Origin: an uncultured Thiotrichales bacterium
Lineage (GTDB): Bacteria > Pseudomonadota > Gammaproteobacteria > CAZUMV01
Reading direction: 5' to 3'
Length of the DNA stretch: 41,064 nt
Assembly (NCBI GenBank): GCA_964621435.1
Contig: CAZUMV010000004.1
Coordinates: forward strand, 1-41,064
The notes below the pieces were generated by a model. It was not told the DNA's origin, made no database searches, and saw only the letters and a program-made list of their open reading frames with translations. The position numbers and the translations under genes were made by a program. Shown here in pieces: positions 27,059 to 37,386 of this stretch. The stretch's first letter is position 1. Each line of letters starts with the position of its first letter.

Positions 27059-27814
27059 TTATGCCTCGGTTAATTGCTCGGAGGTTTTACCAAACCGTCG
27101 TTCGCGATGCTGAAAGTGATCCAGCGCTTCTTCAAATTCCGCATCATCCATTTGCGGCCAATATTTGTCACTGAAGAACATTTCGGTGTATGCGAGCTGC
27201 CATATTAAAAAATTGCTGATTCGCTGTTCTCCGCCTGTGCGTATCATCAGATCCGGATCAGGCATGTCGGCAGTACTTAAGTTTTGTTCGATCATACCCG
27301 CATCGATAGCTTGCGGCTCGACCTCACCTCTGGCAATTCTTTCACCAAGCTTCCGAACAGACTGCGCAATATCCCAATGACCGCCATAACTTGCAGCGAC
27401 CGTGACTTGCATTTGCCGGCAATGCGCAGTTGACTGCTCTGCCGCATGCATAGCAGCAATTACTTTGTCTGGAAACTGTTCTCGCTGACCAATAATTTTA
27501 AGGCGGATATCATTCTTCGCCAATTGCCCGGCCTCTTTTCCCAAGGCACTCAAAAACAACTCCATCAAGGCGGAAACTTCCTGCTCGGGACGATTCCAGT
27601 TTTCACTGCTAAATGCGAATAGCGTTAAAAATTTAACACCACGACGGGCAAAAAATTCGATTGCGGCGCGCGCCGTCTTCACGCCTTGTTGGTGTCCTGC
27701 TGTTCTCGGCAGGCGCTTGCCTTTTGCCCAACGGCCATTGCCATCCATAATAATGGCAACGTGCTGAGGTATCGTTTCAGAATTTTGAGATGACAACTTA
27801 TTGACCGCAAACAA
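27059..27814 (-). CDS. uppS: Undecaprenyl diphosphate synthase
   Basis: PQHVAIIMDGNGRWA, AFSSENWNRP, DLMIRTGGEQRISNFLIWQ, RERRFG. The exact start codon is uncertain. Confidence 0.95.
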   Translation of the reverse strand: MFAVNKLSSQNSETIPQHVAIIMDGNGRWAKGKRLPRTAGHQQGVKTARAAIEFFARRGVKFLTLFAFSSENWNRPEQEVSALMELFLSALGKEAGQLAKNDIRLKIIGQREQFPDKVIAAMHAAEQSTAHCRQMQVTVAASYGGHWDIAQSVRKLGERIARGEVEPQAIDAGMIEQNLSTADMPDPDLMIRTGGEQRISNFLIWQLAYTEMFFSDKYWPQMDDAEFEEALDHFQHRERRFGKTSEQLTEA

Positions 27815-27820
27815 CGTCGA

Positions 27821-28378
27821 CTACACTTCCATCAACTCTTTTTCTTTGGCATCTAATTGCGCATCCATTTCTGCAATAGCCTCGTCGGTCAATTTTTGCA
27901 CCGAGGTTTCATTGCGACGCAAGTCATCTTTAGAAATATCTTTTTCTTTTTCCAGTTCTTTTAGATCGCTAATCGCATCGCGTCGTATGTTTCGCACCGC
28001 AACACGGCCATTCTCCGCTTCGCCACGCACGACCTTAACCAGTTCTTTGCGCCGCTCTTCGGTTAGCATAGGCATCGGCACGCGTATCATCTTACCAGCA
28101 GATGACGGGTTAAGACCGAGGTCTGAATTCATAATGGCCTTCTCGACTTTTGCAACCATGTCGTCTTCCCAGGGCGTCACTGTCAGGGTTCGCGAATCTT
28201 CCAAACCGACGTTGGCGACCTGACTCAGCGGAGTATCGGTGCCATAGTAATCAACCGAAATATGATCCAGCAGACTAACGTGCGCACGTCCCGTTCTAAT
28301 TTTGGCAAAATCGACACCCAACGACGCGATGCTTTTCTTCATCCGCGACGCCGCATCTTTAAGTATATCTTCAACCAT
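27821..28378 (-). CDS. frr: Ribosome recycling factor
   Basis: [39 protein letters not shown]. Confidence 0.97.
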   Translation of the reverse strand: MVEDILKDAASRMKKSIASLGVDFAKIRTGRAHVSLLDHISVDYYGTDTPLSQVANVGLEDSRTLTVTPWEDDMVAKVEKAIMNSDLGLNPSSAGKMIRVPMPMLTEERRKELVKVVRGEAENGRVAVRNIRRDAISDLKELEKEKDISKDDLRRNETSVQKLTDEAIAEMDAQLDAKEKELMEV

Positions 28379-28380
28379 GT

Positions 28381-29106
28381 TTAACCTCTTTGTACGTATG
28401 TGCCAACGTCTTCGCCAGCAATGACTTTCTTTAGATCGCCTTCATTGTATAAATTAAAAACCCGCATAGGAATATTGTTATCCCGACACAATACCAAGGC
28501 TGTTGCGTCCATGACGTTCAGCTTGTTAACAATTGCTTCGTCATAGCTTAACTCATCATACATTACGGCGTCGGTATTCGTTTTCGGGTCTTTGTCGTAT
28601 ACACCATCAACTTTGGTTGCCTTAATCACAAGGTCTGCATTGATTTCACTCGCCCTTAGCGCTGCGGCAGAATCAGTTGTGAAGTACGGGTTTCCAGTTC
28701 CAGCTGCAAAAATAGTGACCCGACCTTTCTCCAAATGCCGAACCGCCCGTCTGCGAATGTAGTCTTCGCAGACCGTGTTGATGGGTAAAGCTGACATCAC
28801 GCGCGTGTAAACGCCTTTTTGCTCGAGTGCATCTTGCATCGAAAGCGAATTGATAACCGTTGCCAACATTCCCATATGATCTGCCGAAACCCGATCCATA
28901 CCTGCTTCTGCCAGACCCGCCCCACGAAAAATATTGCCGCCGCCAATCACTAACGCTATTTGATAGCCTTGCCCGGTAAGCTCGGCAATTTCTCCAGCGA
29001 TACGGGCAATCATGGCCGGCTCAATACCGTAATCAGCATCCCCCATCAACGCCTCACCACTTAACTTAAGCAAGACTCTTTTGTATTTACTATTTGCGTT
29101 GGTCAA
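28381..29106 (-). CDS. pyrH: UMP kinase
   Basis: [42 protein letters not shown]. Start taken at TTG 29106 with SD GAGG, because the longer ORF start (29154) lies inside a terminator. Confidence 0.95.
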   Translation of the reverse strand: MTNANSKYKRVLLKLSGEALMGDADYGIEPAMIARIAGEIAELTGQGYQIALVIGGGNIFRGAGLAEAGMDRVSADHMGMLATVINSLSMQDALEQKGVYTRVMSALPINTVCEDYIRRRAVRHLEKGRVTIFAAGTGNPYFTTDSAAALRASEINADLVIKATKVDGVYDKDPKTNTDAVMYDELSYDEAIVNKLNVMDATALVLCRDNNIPMRVFNLYNEGDLKKVIAGEDVGTYVQRG

Positions 29107-29137
29107 GGTTACCTCGTCGTGTGCGTTTGTTTGTGAT

Positions 29138-29166
29138 AAAAAAAAGGACATCAACGATGTCCTTTT
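29138..29166 (-). terminator. Intrinsic terminator after tsf
   Basis: Perfect inverted repeat; the minus strand reads AAAAGGACATC-GTT-GATGTCCTTTTTTTT. Confidence 0.85.
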
Positions 29167-29174
29167 AAAGTGGC

Positions 29175-30068
29175 TTAATCGTCTTTGTCTTCCAGATCTT
29201 CGACTTGCTTCCTAACCTCGGCCGCGAAATCCTCTTCTTCGACCTCTATACCTTCACCAACCTCGAAACGCGTAAAAGAAACTGCTTTAGCATCTGCTGA
29301 CGCCAACAATTTCTCTATGGTTTGATCTGGATCTTTTACGAATGGCTGTCCAAGTAAAGTGATTTCCGCCAAATACTTGCGTAAGCGCCCGGCGACCATT
29401 TTCTCTGCAATCTCGGGCGGCTTACCACTCTCGATTGCCTGTGCGGTAAAAATATCTTTCTCTTTTTCAATAAGTTCAGCCGGCACATCTGATTCGGCAA
29501 CGCAAACTGGTCGACTCGCGGCCACATGCATTGAAACATCTTTAGCTAACTCCTGACTTCCACCGGCAAGTTCGGTCAAGACACCGATCTTAACGCCGTG
29601 TTGATACACACCAAGTACACCGCTTTCAGTGCTTTGAAAATGTGCTCGTCGAACCTGGACATTCTCACCAATTTTACCAATCAACGTTTGACGCTGTTCT
29701 TCAACAGTATTTTCACCAACTGTGGCCGCCGATAGTGCTTCCACATCTGTCACTCCGGATGTTAGAACCTGATCAGCGACCATGTTCGAGAATGCCGCAA
29801 AGCCTTCATCTTTGGCAACAAAGTCAGTCTGGCAATTCACCTCTACCATCGCTGCCTTACTACCATCATCTGACACCGCAATCACGACAACACCGTCCGC
29901 GGCTGTTCTGCCGGCAACTTTATCCGCTTGCGCAGCGCCTGATTTACGCATTGCTTCCACCGCGGCTTCCATATCACCACCACTGGCGGTAAGCGCCTTT
30001 TTACATTCCATCATTCCCGCGCTGGTTCGCTCGCGCAGTTCTTTTACCATTGCTGCAGTAATTTGCAT
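29175..30068 (-). CDS. tsf: Elongation factor Ts
   Basis: [53 protein letters not shown]. Confidence 0.97.
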   Translation of the reverse strand: MQITAAMVKELRERTSAGMMECKKALTASGGDMEAAVEAMRKSGAAQADKVAGRTAADGVVVIAVSDDGSKAAMVEVNCQTDFVAKDEGFAAFSNMVADQVLTSGVTDVEALSAATVGENTVEEQRQTLIGKIGENVQVRRAHFQSTESGVLGVYQHGVKIGVLTELAGGSQELAKDVSMHVAASRPVCVAESDVPAELIEKEKDIFTAQAIESGKPPEIAEKMVAGRLRKYLAEITLLGQPFVKDPDQTIEKLLASADAKAVSFTRFEVGEGIEVEEEDFAAEVRKQVEDLEDKDD

Positions 30069-30088
30069 GCCGTTCTCCGAATTATCGT

Positions 30089-31255
30089 TTATTCTTCTTC
30101 GCCACTAGCGGCAACCTTGCCACCATCCAACTGGTCTTGCCAGGCTTCCAGTTCGTCCCACTTACCCTCACTGGCCATGACAGCTTGCGCTGGCCAGGTC
30201 TCGGGGTCATGTGCCGCAAACCGCCCACCAGCATCGGCGAGGATCTTGCGCACATCATCGGCGCTAGTTGCACCCAGACCGGCAAAGGTCTGAATACCGG
30301 CTGCCTTAAGAAGTTCCTCAATTTTAGGACCAATACCTTCTATCCGAGTCAGATTATCACTTTCCGCGGGCGTACTTGCTTCGGCAACTGTCTCGGTAGT
30401 TGTTCCGGAAGCCGGTTCTGCTGGCGCTTCGCTTGCTGCGGCTGTGGCCGCGGCTGGTGCTGCTGCAGCAGGTTTGACCGAGCGCGGCTTGGGCGCCTCT
30501 TGATCTTTCTTGGGTGCTTTCGACTTAGCCGCCGGCGTCGCTTTTGAGTCTTCTTTTTTCGGCGCCACCGGACGACTGGCTTTGCCGGTTACGACCGCGT
30601 CTGCAATCGACGCCACATACAACTGTATAGCGCGAATAGCGTCATCATTTCCGGGAATCACGTAATCAACACCGCTTGGGGAGTTGTTGGTGTCGACCAC
30701 CGCAATAACTGGAATATTCAATTTCTTTGCTTCTTGCACCGCAATTTTTTCGTAGCCAACGTCCAGTACGAAAATCACATCGGGCATGCGCTTCATATCC
30801 TTAATACCGCCGAGACTCTTTTCCAGTTTCTCCATCTCGCGAGAAAGCATCAGGCCTTCTTTTTTTGTCGCAGTATTGAAACCACCATCACCTGCCATAG
30901 ATTCGAGATCTTTGAGCCGGTTGACTGATTGTTTGATCGTTTTGAAATTCGTTAACATGCCACCTAACCAACGGTGATTGACATACGGCATGCCACAGCG
31001 CTCTGCCTCTTCACGAATGGCATCTTGCGCCGATCGCTTGGTGCCGACAAACAACACTGTGCCACCATTGGCAGCAATTTTTCCTGCATAGTTGGTAGCG
31101 TCCGTGAGCAACGGCAACGACTTTTCAAGATTAATAATATGGATCTTGTTACGGTCCCCAAAGATATAGGGGGCCATTTGTGGATTCCAATAACGGGTTT
31201 GGTGACCAAAGTGTGCGCCCGCTTCTAGCAGCTGGCGCATAGTTACGCTAGACAT
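30089..31255 (-). CDS. rpsB: 30S ribosomal protein S2 with a C-terminal linker and helix-hairpin-helix (DUF4332-like) extension
   Basis: [30 protein letters not shown] and [10 protein letters not shown] lie in the first ~225 aa. About 160 extra aa follow, including [17 protein letters not shown]. Confidence 0.96.
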   Translation of the reverse strand: MSSVTMRQLLEAGAHFGHQTRYWNPQMAPYIFGDRNKIHIINLEKSLPLLTDATNYAGKIAANGGTVLFVGTKRSAQDAIREEAERCGMPYVNHRWLGGMLTNFKTIKQSVNRLKDLESMAGDGGFNTATKKEGLMLSREMEKLEKSLGGIKDMKRMPDVIFVLDVGYEKIAVQEAKKLNIPVIAVVDTNNSPSGVDYVIPGNDDAIRAIQLYVASIADAVVTGKASRPVAPKKEDSKATPAAKSKAPKKDQEAPKPRSVKPAAAAPAAATAAASEAPAEPASGTTTETVAEASTPAESDNLTRIEGIGPKIEELLKAAGIQTFAGLGATSADDVRKILADAGGRFAAHDPETWPAQAVMASEGKWDELEAWQDQLDGGKVAASGEEE

Positions 31256-31269
31256 AATGTACTCCTAAT

Positions 31270-31390
31270 GTCGGGTTAAACTTCCATAACATCCCAATAA
31301 ACCACCCTTTTGGGGCACCCAGTTCACTGTGTCGATGCATGTGATTATTTGCTCTGTTATGAAGCGTTTTAGTAACACGTTCACAACGGG
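31270..31390 (-). ncRNA. rpsB leader / t44 (tff) cis-regulatory RNA for S2 autoregulation
   Basis: Minus strand CACATGCATCGACACAGTGAACTGGGTGCCCCAAAAGGGTGGTTTATTGGGATGTTATGGAAGTTTAACCC resembles the gammaproteobacterial rpsB leader (GGGTGCCC, GGGAT..TGGA, TAACCC elements). It is preceded by a hairpin GTTGTGAA...TTCATAAC. Boundaries are approximate. Confidence 0.85.
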
Positions 31391-31406
31391 CGCGCGATTT
31401 ATAACA
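31388..31406 (-). promoter_or_regulatory. rpsB extended -10 promoter with a GC-rich (stringent) discriminator
   Basis: Minus strand reads TGtTATAAAtcgcgcgccc, the architecture known for gammaproteobacterial rpsB promoters. Confidence 0.75.
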
Positions 31407-31552
31407 TATATCTGCCTGTGCACCAAGAAAATACCTGATATTCCGTGAAAATTGACTGGATCCCGTCAAAATTGGCTCAATCGCTATTATCAGGTGCCAA
31501 CCGGGACTGATTTCGCTAAACTTTCGCCTTCATTCCCAGAATTAGAGTTGCC

Positions 31553-32326
31553 ATGCCTGTTTCCATCAAATCGCCCGATGACATTGAAAAAATGCGTGTT
31601 GCTGGCCGGCTCGCGGCCGAGGTTTTGGAAATGATCGGTCCGCACGTTAAGGCCGGCATGTCGACAGATGACTTAAACACCATCTGTCATGATTATATTG
31701 TCAATGTTCAGAATGCAATCCCTGCTTGTCTAAACTACAAGGGGTTCCCAAAATCTATATGCACGTCGGTTAACCATGTCATTTGCCATGGCATTCCCTC
31801 ACCCGCAAAAATCCTGAAAGACGGAGATATCATTAATATTGATGTTACCGTTATCAAAGACCGCTTCCATGGCGACACCAGCAAAATGTTTCACGTCGGC
31901 AAGACCAATGTGATGGCTAAACGTCTGGTCGACACTGCCAGAGAAGCCATGGTGGCCGGGATAAAGTTAGTTAAACCAGGCGCGCGTCTGGGTGATATTG
32001 GCTACGCTATTCAAAAATGTATAGAACGCCAACGTTTTTCAGTAGTACGAGAGTATTGCGGTCACGGTATTGGTACCGTTTTTCATGAGGAGCCTCAAGT
32101 GCTGCATTACGGCAAACGAGGGGTTGGTTTGGAGTTGCAAGAAGGCATGACCTTCACCATTGAACCTATGGTGAATGCCGGCAAAAGACATAGCAAACTC
32201 TTAAAGAAAGATGGCTGGACTGTCGTGACTAAAGACCGCAGCCTCTCGGCACAATGGGAACACACTCTCGCTGTTACTGCAGACGGCGTTGAAGTGCTGA
32301 CGTTGCGGAGTGATGAAATAATATAA
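31553..32326 (+). CDS. map: Methionine aminopeptidase type I
   Basis: GFPKSICTSVN, CHGIP, NIDVTV, GDTSKMF, YCGHGIG, FTIEPMVN, SAQWEHT. Confidence 0.97.
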   Translation: MPVSIKSPDDIEKMRVAGRLAAEVLEMIGPHVKAGMSTDDLNTICHDYIVNVQNAIPACLNYKGFPKSICTSVNHVICHGIPSPAKILKDGDIINIDVTVIKDRFHGDTSKMFHVGKTNVMAKRLVDTAREAMVAGIKLVKPGARLGDIGYAIQKCIERQRFSVVREYCGHGIGTVFHEEPQVLHYGKRGVGLELQEGMTFTIEPMVNAGKRHSKLLKKDGWTVVTKDRSLSAQWEHTLAVTADGVEVLTLRSDEII

Positions 32327-32328
32327 GC

Positions 32329-35001
32329 ATGGCTGAAGATATCTCAGCAGCACTCGAACATTGGCGAACCGAGCAAAACTCTCTGGGGTCAAAGCCTGGC
32401 GACTACGCTAACAGTAGACAGGCCTTACTGGAAATTTTGAATCTGGGCTTCAATAACGAAGCCCAGATTGAACGACTTTTATATGAACTCACTCGCGGCA
32501 CCGACCTGTTATTAGATAAAGCATGGTGTCAATTTCAACTCGATCAGGAAGACCTTGCGCTATTTGCAACCGGCGGCTACGGCCGCGGTGAATTACACCC
32601 TGCCTCGGATATCGATTTGCTGATTTTGAGCCAGAAAAAGCCGAACAATAGACAAGCTGAAAAAATAAGCACATTTGTTACTTTTTTGTGGGACCTCGGG
32701 CTTGATATTGGACACAGCGTTAGAAGTTATAAAGACTGCAAGGGTGAAGCAAAAAATGACCTGACCGTGATCACCAACATTATGGAAAACCGATTGCTCG
32801 CAGGTGACAATAAACACGCAAAAAAGCTAAATACGCTAATCCACCCAAAAAAAATGTGGTCTGCGAAATCCTTCTTTGACCAAAAACTCATAGAACAACA
32901 ACAACGTTATCAACGTTATGGCGTCAGCGCCTATAAATTAGAGCCTAACCTGAAAGAAAGCCCCGGCGGCTTACGTGACTTACATATGGTGGGCTGGATT
33001 AGCAAACGCTTCTTCGGCGAACAGCTTGGCGATTTCATAAGAGACAATCAATCATTTGCGCGAGAACTCGATGAGTCGTATCAAAACCGAAACTTCTTGT
33101 GGAAAATCAGATGGGTTTTACATCAGATTACGCAACGCAAAGAAGACCGCGTTTTGTTCGACTTTCAATATGAAATCGCCACTGCACTCGGCTACGCGGA
33201 AAACACCCGTAATGCAAGCATTGAAGCATTGATGCAGGATTATTATCGTGCCGTTACGCAATTGGAACGTCTCTCCGATATGCATTTGCAATTGCTCAAA
33301 CTACGCATTCATCCGGTAAAGAAAGTCTCCATCAAAGCGGTTAACCGTCGCTTTCAAACCAACAATGGTTATCTTGAAGTTACCCACGCAAATACATTTG
33401 AACGATATCCGTTCGCGCTACTGGAGATCTTTTTACTGCTTATGCAAGACCGCAGTATTTTAGGGGTTCGTGCAGATACGATTAGATTGATTCGCGAGAA
33501 CACCCACCGCATTGATGACGACTTTCGTGCTGATCTTGCGAACCGCAGTTTATTCATGGAGATGCTTAGACAACCGCAAGGTATTACCCACGAGTTTCGA
33601 CGCATGAATGCTTACGGTATTCTAGGCGCATACATTCCAGCCTTTCAGGCCGTGACCGGCCGCATGCAATTCGATTTATTCCATATCTATACCGTCGATG
33701 AACACATCATGATGGTATTGCGAAACGTACGCCGTCTCAGCGTGCCCGAACATGCGCATACTTTGCCGGAATGCACCGCGTTATTTAGCGAACTACCAAA
33801 AGCAGAACTGCTCTATATTGCCGCGCTCTACCATGATATTGCGAAGGGTCGAGGTGGCGATCACTCAACCGTAGGCGCAGAAATGGCAACCGAGTTTTGT
33901 GAACACCACGAACTAAGCGAATACGACACTAAATTCGTTGCCTGGCTGGTTGAACAGCATTTGACGATGTCGGTTATTGCCCAGAGAAAAGATATTAATT
34001 CGCCCGAAGTGATCAAAGAATTTGCCGACCTGGTGCGCTCTCCAGTTCGTTTGAAATATCTCTATTTACTAACAGTTTGTGATATCCGCGGCACTGACCC
34101 GGATTTATGGAACGGCTGGAAAGCAAGTCTACTTTCTACGCTGTATCACAACACCTACCATTGGCTTAGCTCGGACGATAATTCGCTGCCGACAAAACAG
34201 CAATGGATTGCAGATATTAAACAAGCCGCAACCACGCTCATAAGGAAAAACCCGCATGCAGAAGACATCACGGAGGAATACTGGCAAGATTTTGATGAAG
34301 AATACTTTGAGCGCTTTTCGCCTGAAGAAATCAGTTGGCACTTGGAGATTCTGGAACAACATCGTAGCGCCGGCCTCAAAGTACACATACGACCATTAAC
34401 GGTTCGCGGCGCGACCGAGGTATTGGTTTGTGGCCAGGTGCACCCTCGTTTCTTTACTTTAATCACAAGAGCATTAGAACAACTACAACTCAATATTCTG
34501 GACGCACGAATTTACACCACAAAATCAGGCGTGGCCTTGGATAGTTTTCAAATTTTAGAGAATGACGGCACGCCGTGCACAGCAGAACACCGCCAAAAAG
34601 AAATATGCGAACGCCTTGAGACATCGCTTAGTAATCCAGACGAAGAGTTTGACAATAGCACTATGCTGCCACGACGGCTCAAATCTTTCGAGCGCGCAAC
34701 CACCATCAAGTTCCAGCCTTTGCTGGAAAAATCACAAACACAAATAGAAATTTTCTCAATTGACCGCCCTGGCCTGTTAGCGGATATAGCGAGCACGTTC
34801 TATAATCACGGTATTCGGATCAAGATGGCCAGAATCAGCACTGTTGGCGAGCAAGCCCAAGATACGATCCATGTAACCAATAAAGATAATCAACCATTAA
34901 GCGATGCAGATCAAAAAATCCTTGAAGTCGCTTTAATGAAAGCGATTGATGCAGCCTGGGCCAATCCACATCTGGACTTTTCGAAATCCAATTCTGCCTA
35001 A
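32329..35001 (+). CDS. glnD: PII uridylyltransferase / uridylyl-removing enzyme
   Basis: Nucleotidyltransferase motif GGYGRGELHPASDIDL, LEPNLKESPGGLRD, MQFDLFHIYTVDEH, HD motif YHDIAKGRGGDHS, and C-terminal ACT domains (DRPGLL). Confidence 0.96.
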   Translation: MAEDISAALEHWRTEQNSLGSKPGDYANSRQALLEILNLGFNNEAQIERLLYELTRGTDLLLDKAWCQFQLDQEDLALFATGGYGRGELHPASDIDLLILSQKKPNNRQAEKISTFVTFLWDLGLDIGHSVRSYKDCKGEAKNDLTVITNIMENRLLAGDNKHAKKLNTLIHPKKMWSAKSFFDQKLIEQQQRYQRYGVSAYKLEPNLKESPGGLRDLHMVGWISKRFFGEQLGDFIRDNQSFARELDESYQNRNFLWKIRWVLHQITQRKEDRVLFDFQYEIATALGYAENTRNASIEALMQDYYRAVTQLERLSDMHLQLLKLRIHPVKKVSIKAVNRRFQTNNGYLEVTHANTFERYPFALLEIFLLLMQDRSILGVRADTIRLIRENTHRIDDDFRADLANRSLFMEMLRQPQGITHEFRRMNAYGILGAYIPAFQAVTGRMQFDLFHIYTVDEHIMMVLRNVRRLSVPEHAHTLPECTALFSELPKAELLYIAALYHDIAKGRGGDHSTVGAEMATEFCEHHELSEYDTKFVAWLVEQHLTMSVIAQRKDINSPEVIKEFADLVRSPVRLKYLYLLTVCDIRGTDPDLWNGWKASLLSTLYHNTYHWLSSDDNSLPTKQQWIADIKQAATTLIRKNPHAEDITEEYWQDFDEEYFERFSPEEISWHLEILEQHRSAGLKVHIRPLTVRGATEVLVCGQVHPRFFTLITRALEQLQLNILDARIYTTKSGVALDSFQILENDGTPCTAEHRQKEICERLETSLSNPDEEFDNSTMLPRRLKSFERATTIKFQPLLEKSQTQIEIFSIDRPGLLADIASTFYNHGIRIKMARISTVGEQAQDTIHVTNKDNQPLSDADQKILEVALMKAIDAAWANPHLDFSKSNSA

Positions 35002-35097
35002 ACCGTTAGCGCACATTGCGCGTGAAATTATTACTACATTAGGCCACGCACACACGTTACAATCGACTACCGAATATACCCAACGGAACCGGAACAA

Positions 35098-35919
35098 ATG
35101 AGTACCCTGCAAGAAACCATAGAAACTGCCTTTGAAGACCGCGCCGCTATTACCCCCGCAACTGCTAGCGCAGAGATTAAGGAGGCGGTCACAGACGCTT
35201 TAAACTTGCTCAATGCTGGCAGCAAACGTGTAGCCGAACCCAGCAATGGCGGCTGGCAGGTTAACGAATGGCTAAAAAAAGCAGTACTTTTATCATTCAG
35301 AATTAATGATAACGAAGTCATGTCCGGAGGGGCGACCCAATACTATGACAAAGTCGAGAGTAAGTATGCAAACACCACAGCGGCGGAATTCGCCGACTCG
35401 GGAGTGCGAGTTGTGCCGCCCGCGTTCGCCCGCACCGGTTGCTATATCGCCTCGGGCGTCGTACTCATGCCTAGCTATGTAAATATTGGCGCCTATATTG
35501 ATAGCGGCACGATGGTGGACACCTGGGCAACGGTCGGCTCATGTGCGCAAATCGGAAAAAACGTACACTTGTCGGGCGGCGTTGGCATCGGCGGCGTTCT
35601 CGAACCTTTACAGGCATCACCAACCATTATTGAAGATGATTGTTTCATTGGCGCCCGGTCAGAAATTGTTGAAGGCGTCATTGTCGAGGCTGGCTCGGTA
35701 ATCTCGATGGGCGTCTACATAGGGCAAAGCACCAAGATATACGATAGAGAAAAAGACCAGGTTTCCTACGGTCGGGTACCAGCCGGCTCGGTAGTCGTCG
35801 CGGGCAACTTACCTGCCGAAAATGGCAAGTACAGTCTGTACTGCGCAGTCATCGTGAAACGGGTAGATGCTAAAACCCGCGCGAAAACCGGTATCAATGA
35901 ATTATTGCGTAACATCTAA
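35098..35919 (+). CDS. dapD: Tetrahydrodipicolinate N-succinyltransferase
   Basis: [58 protein letters not shown]. Confidence 0.97.
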   Translation: MSTLQETIETAFEDRAAITPATASAEIKEAVTDALNLLNAGSKRVAEPSNGGWQVNEWLKKAVLLSFRINDNEVMSGGATQYYDKVESKYANTTAAEFADSGVRVVPPAFARTGCYIASGVVLMPSYVNIGAYIDSGTMVDTWATVGSCAQIGKNVHLSGGVGIGGVLEPLQASPTIIEDDCFIGARSEIVEGVIVEAGSVISMGVYIGQSTKIYDREKDQVSYGRVPAGSVVVAGNLPAENGKYSLYCAVIVKRVDAKTRAKTGINELLRNI

Positions 35920-36266
35920 TGATAACCCTATACGGTATACCTAACTGCGACACCATCAGAAAAGCACGCAATTGGCTGCGAGAGCATGATCTGGAATACC
36001 ACTTTCATGACTACCGAAAAGTCGGCGTGCCTAAAACAGCGCTTAAGCATTGGTGCAATGAGTTGGGCTGGGAGCAGATCCTAAATCGACGTGGCACAAC
36101 GTGGCGAAAGCTGGATGAAAAAACCAAGTCATCAATAGATCAAACCAGCGCATTAAAATTAATGCAAGAATACCCGGCTATGATCAAGCGCCCTATTTTA
36201 GTTAATGACAAGACTCTCGTTCTGGGCTTCAAACCAGAAAACTATGCCGAGCATTTCAATGTCTAA
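35919..36266 (+). CDS. yffB: ArsC/Spx family thiol reductase-like protein (YffB type)
   Basis: [34 protein letters not shown]; conserved position immediately before dapE. Confidence 0.85.
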   Translation: MITLYGIPNCDTIRKARNWLREHDLEYHFHDYRKVGVPKTALKHWCNELGWEQILNRRGTTWRKLDEKTKSSIDQTSALKLMQEYPAMIKRPILVNDKTLVLGFKPENYAEHFNV

Positions 36267-37386
36267 AACTCTAGAGTACGCGCTTGACTTGATGCGCCGC
36301 GAGTCGGTCACACCGGAGGACGCTGGCTGCCAAAAAATGATGGCAGATATACTATCTGCGGCAGGCTTCGAGATTGAGTTTATGCAATTCGGTGATGTCA
36401 CAAATTTATGGGCCCGCCGTGGTTCAGCCAAACCGTTATTCTGTTTTGCCGGCCACACTGACGTCGTCCCGACCGGACCGAGCGATGTCTGGGAACATCA
36501 TCCATTTGCCGCTACTGTACAAGGCGATACCTTATACGGTCGTGGCGCTGCAGATATGAAGGGCAGTCTAGCAGCGATGCTTAGGGCAAGTGAACGATTT
36601 GTCGGCGCCCACCCCGACCACAGCGGCTCTATCGCATTTCTGATTACTAGTGACGAAGAGGGTCCAGCCATTAATGGAACCGTTAAAGTCATTGATACAT
36701 TGCAACAAAGAAATGAGAAAATTGACTACTGCCTGGTTGGCGAACCCTCTAGCAGCAATAAAATCGGCGATGTCGTAAAGAATGGTCGCCGCGGATCTCT
36801 TGGCGGCGAGTTAAGAGTCAAAGGAACACAAGGACACGTCGCCTACCCGGAGCAAGCGGAAAACCCGATTCATAACAGCAGCAAGGTTCTCGAAGCGTTA
36901 CTAAGTGCCGAATGGGACAAAGGCAATGACTTTTTCCCGGCGACCTCATTCCAAATTACCAATATTAATTCCGGGACCGGCGCGACCAATGTTATCCCCG
37001 GCACCCTGGATTTAATCTTCAATTTCCGATTTTCAACCGAAGTAACGGATCAGGAGCTACAACAGCGTATCGAAAAAATCCTCGATGATCTGGGTATCGA
37101 TTATGATCTGGAGTGGACCTTGTTCGGCCAACCTTTCTTAACCTCGACGGGGAAATTGCTGGATGCTGTTAGCCACGCCATAAAAAACACAACTGGCTAC
37201 AACACTGAATTATCAACTGCCGGCGGCACCTCGGACGGACGCTTTATCGCGCCCACCGGCTCGGAAGTCGTCGAACTCGGCCCAACCAATGCCACGATTC
37301 ATAAGGTTAACGAGAACACAAGTGTTACGGATCTAAATACCCTCAGCGATATCTACGAAAAAATTCTCAGTAACTTACTTACCTAA
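36259..37386 (+). CDS. dapE: Succinyl-diaminopimelate desuccinylase
   Basis: [56 protein letters not shown]. Start taken at ATG 36259 (MSKTLE). Confidence 0.96.
   Translation: MSKTLEYALDLMRRESVTPEDAGCQKMMADILSAAGFEIEFMQFGDVTNLWARRGSAKPLFCFAGHTDVVPTGPSDVWEHHPFAATVQGDTLYGRGAADMKGSLAAMLRASERFVGAHPDHSGSIAFLITSDEEGPAINGTVKVIDTLQQRNEKIDYCLVGEPSSSNKIGDVVKNGRRGSLGGELRVKGTQGHVAYPEQAENPIHNSSKVLEALLSAEWDKGNDFFPATSFQITNINSGTGATNVIPGTLDLIFNFRFSTEVTDQELQQRIEKILDDLGIDYDLEWTLFGQPFLTSTGKLLDAVSHAIKNTTGYNTELSTAGGTSDGRFIAPTGSEVVELGPTNATIHKVNENTSVTDLNTLSDIYEKILSNLLT

Noticed and set aside
29107-29154. N-terminal extension of PyrH (MMSFFLSQ...) in the ORF track
   Set aside because: It starts inside the tsf terminator hairpin. 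The TTG at 29106 has an SD and gives a normal length.
14028-30547. Antisense ORFs over oppD (14028-14582), lpxA (18838-19467), bamA (21461-22057), dxr, frr, tsf and rpsB
   Set aside because: Each lies entirely opposite well-conserved genes and lacks protein-like motifs; they are expected from codon bias.
31452-31634. 60-aa plus-strand ORF and 73-aa minus-strand ORF (31248-31469) in the rpsB-map spacer
   Set aside because: They overlap the promoter, the t44 leader and the map start, and have no RBS or motifs. They are better explained as regulatory sequence.
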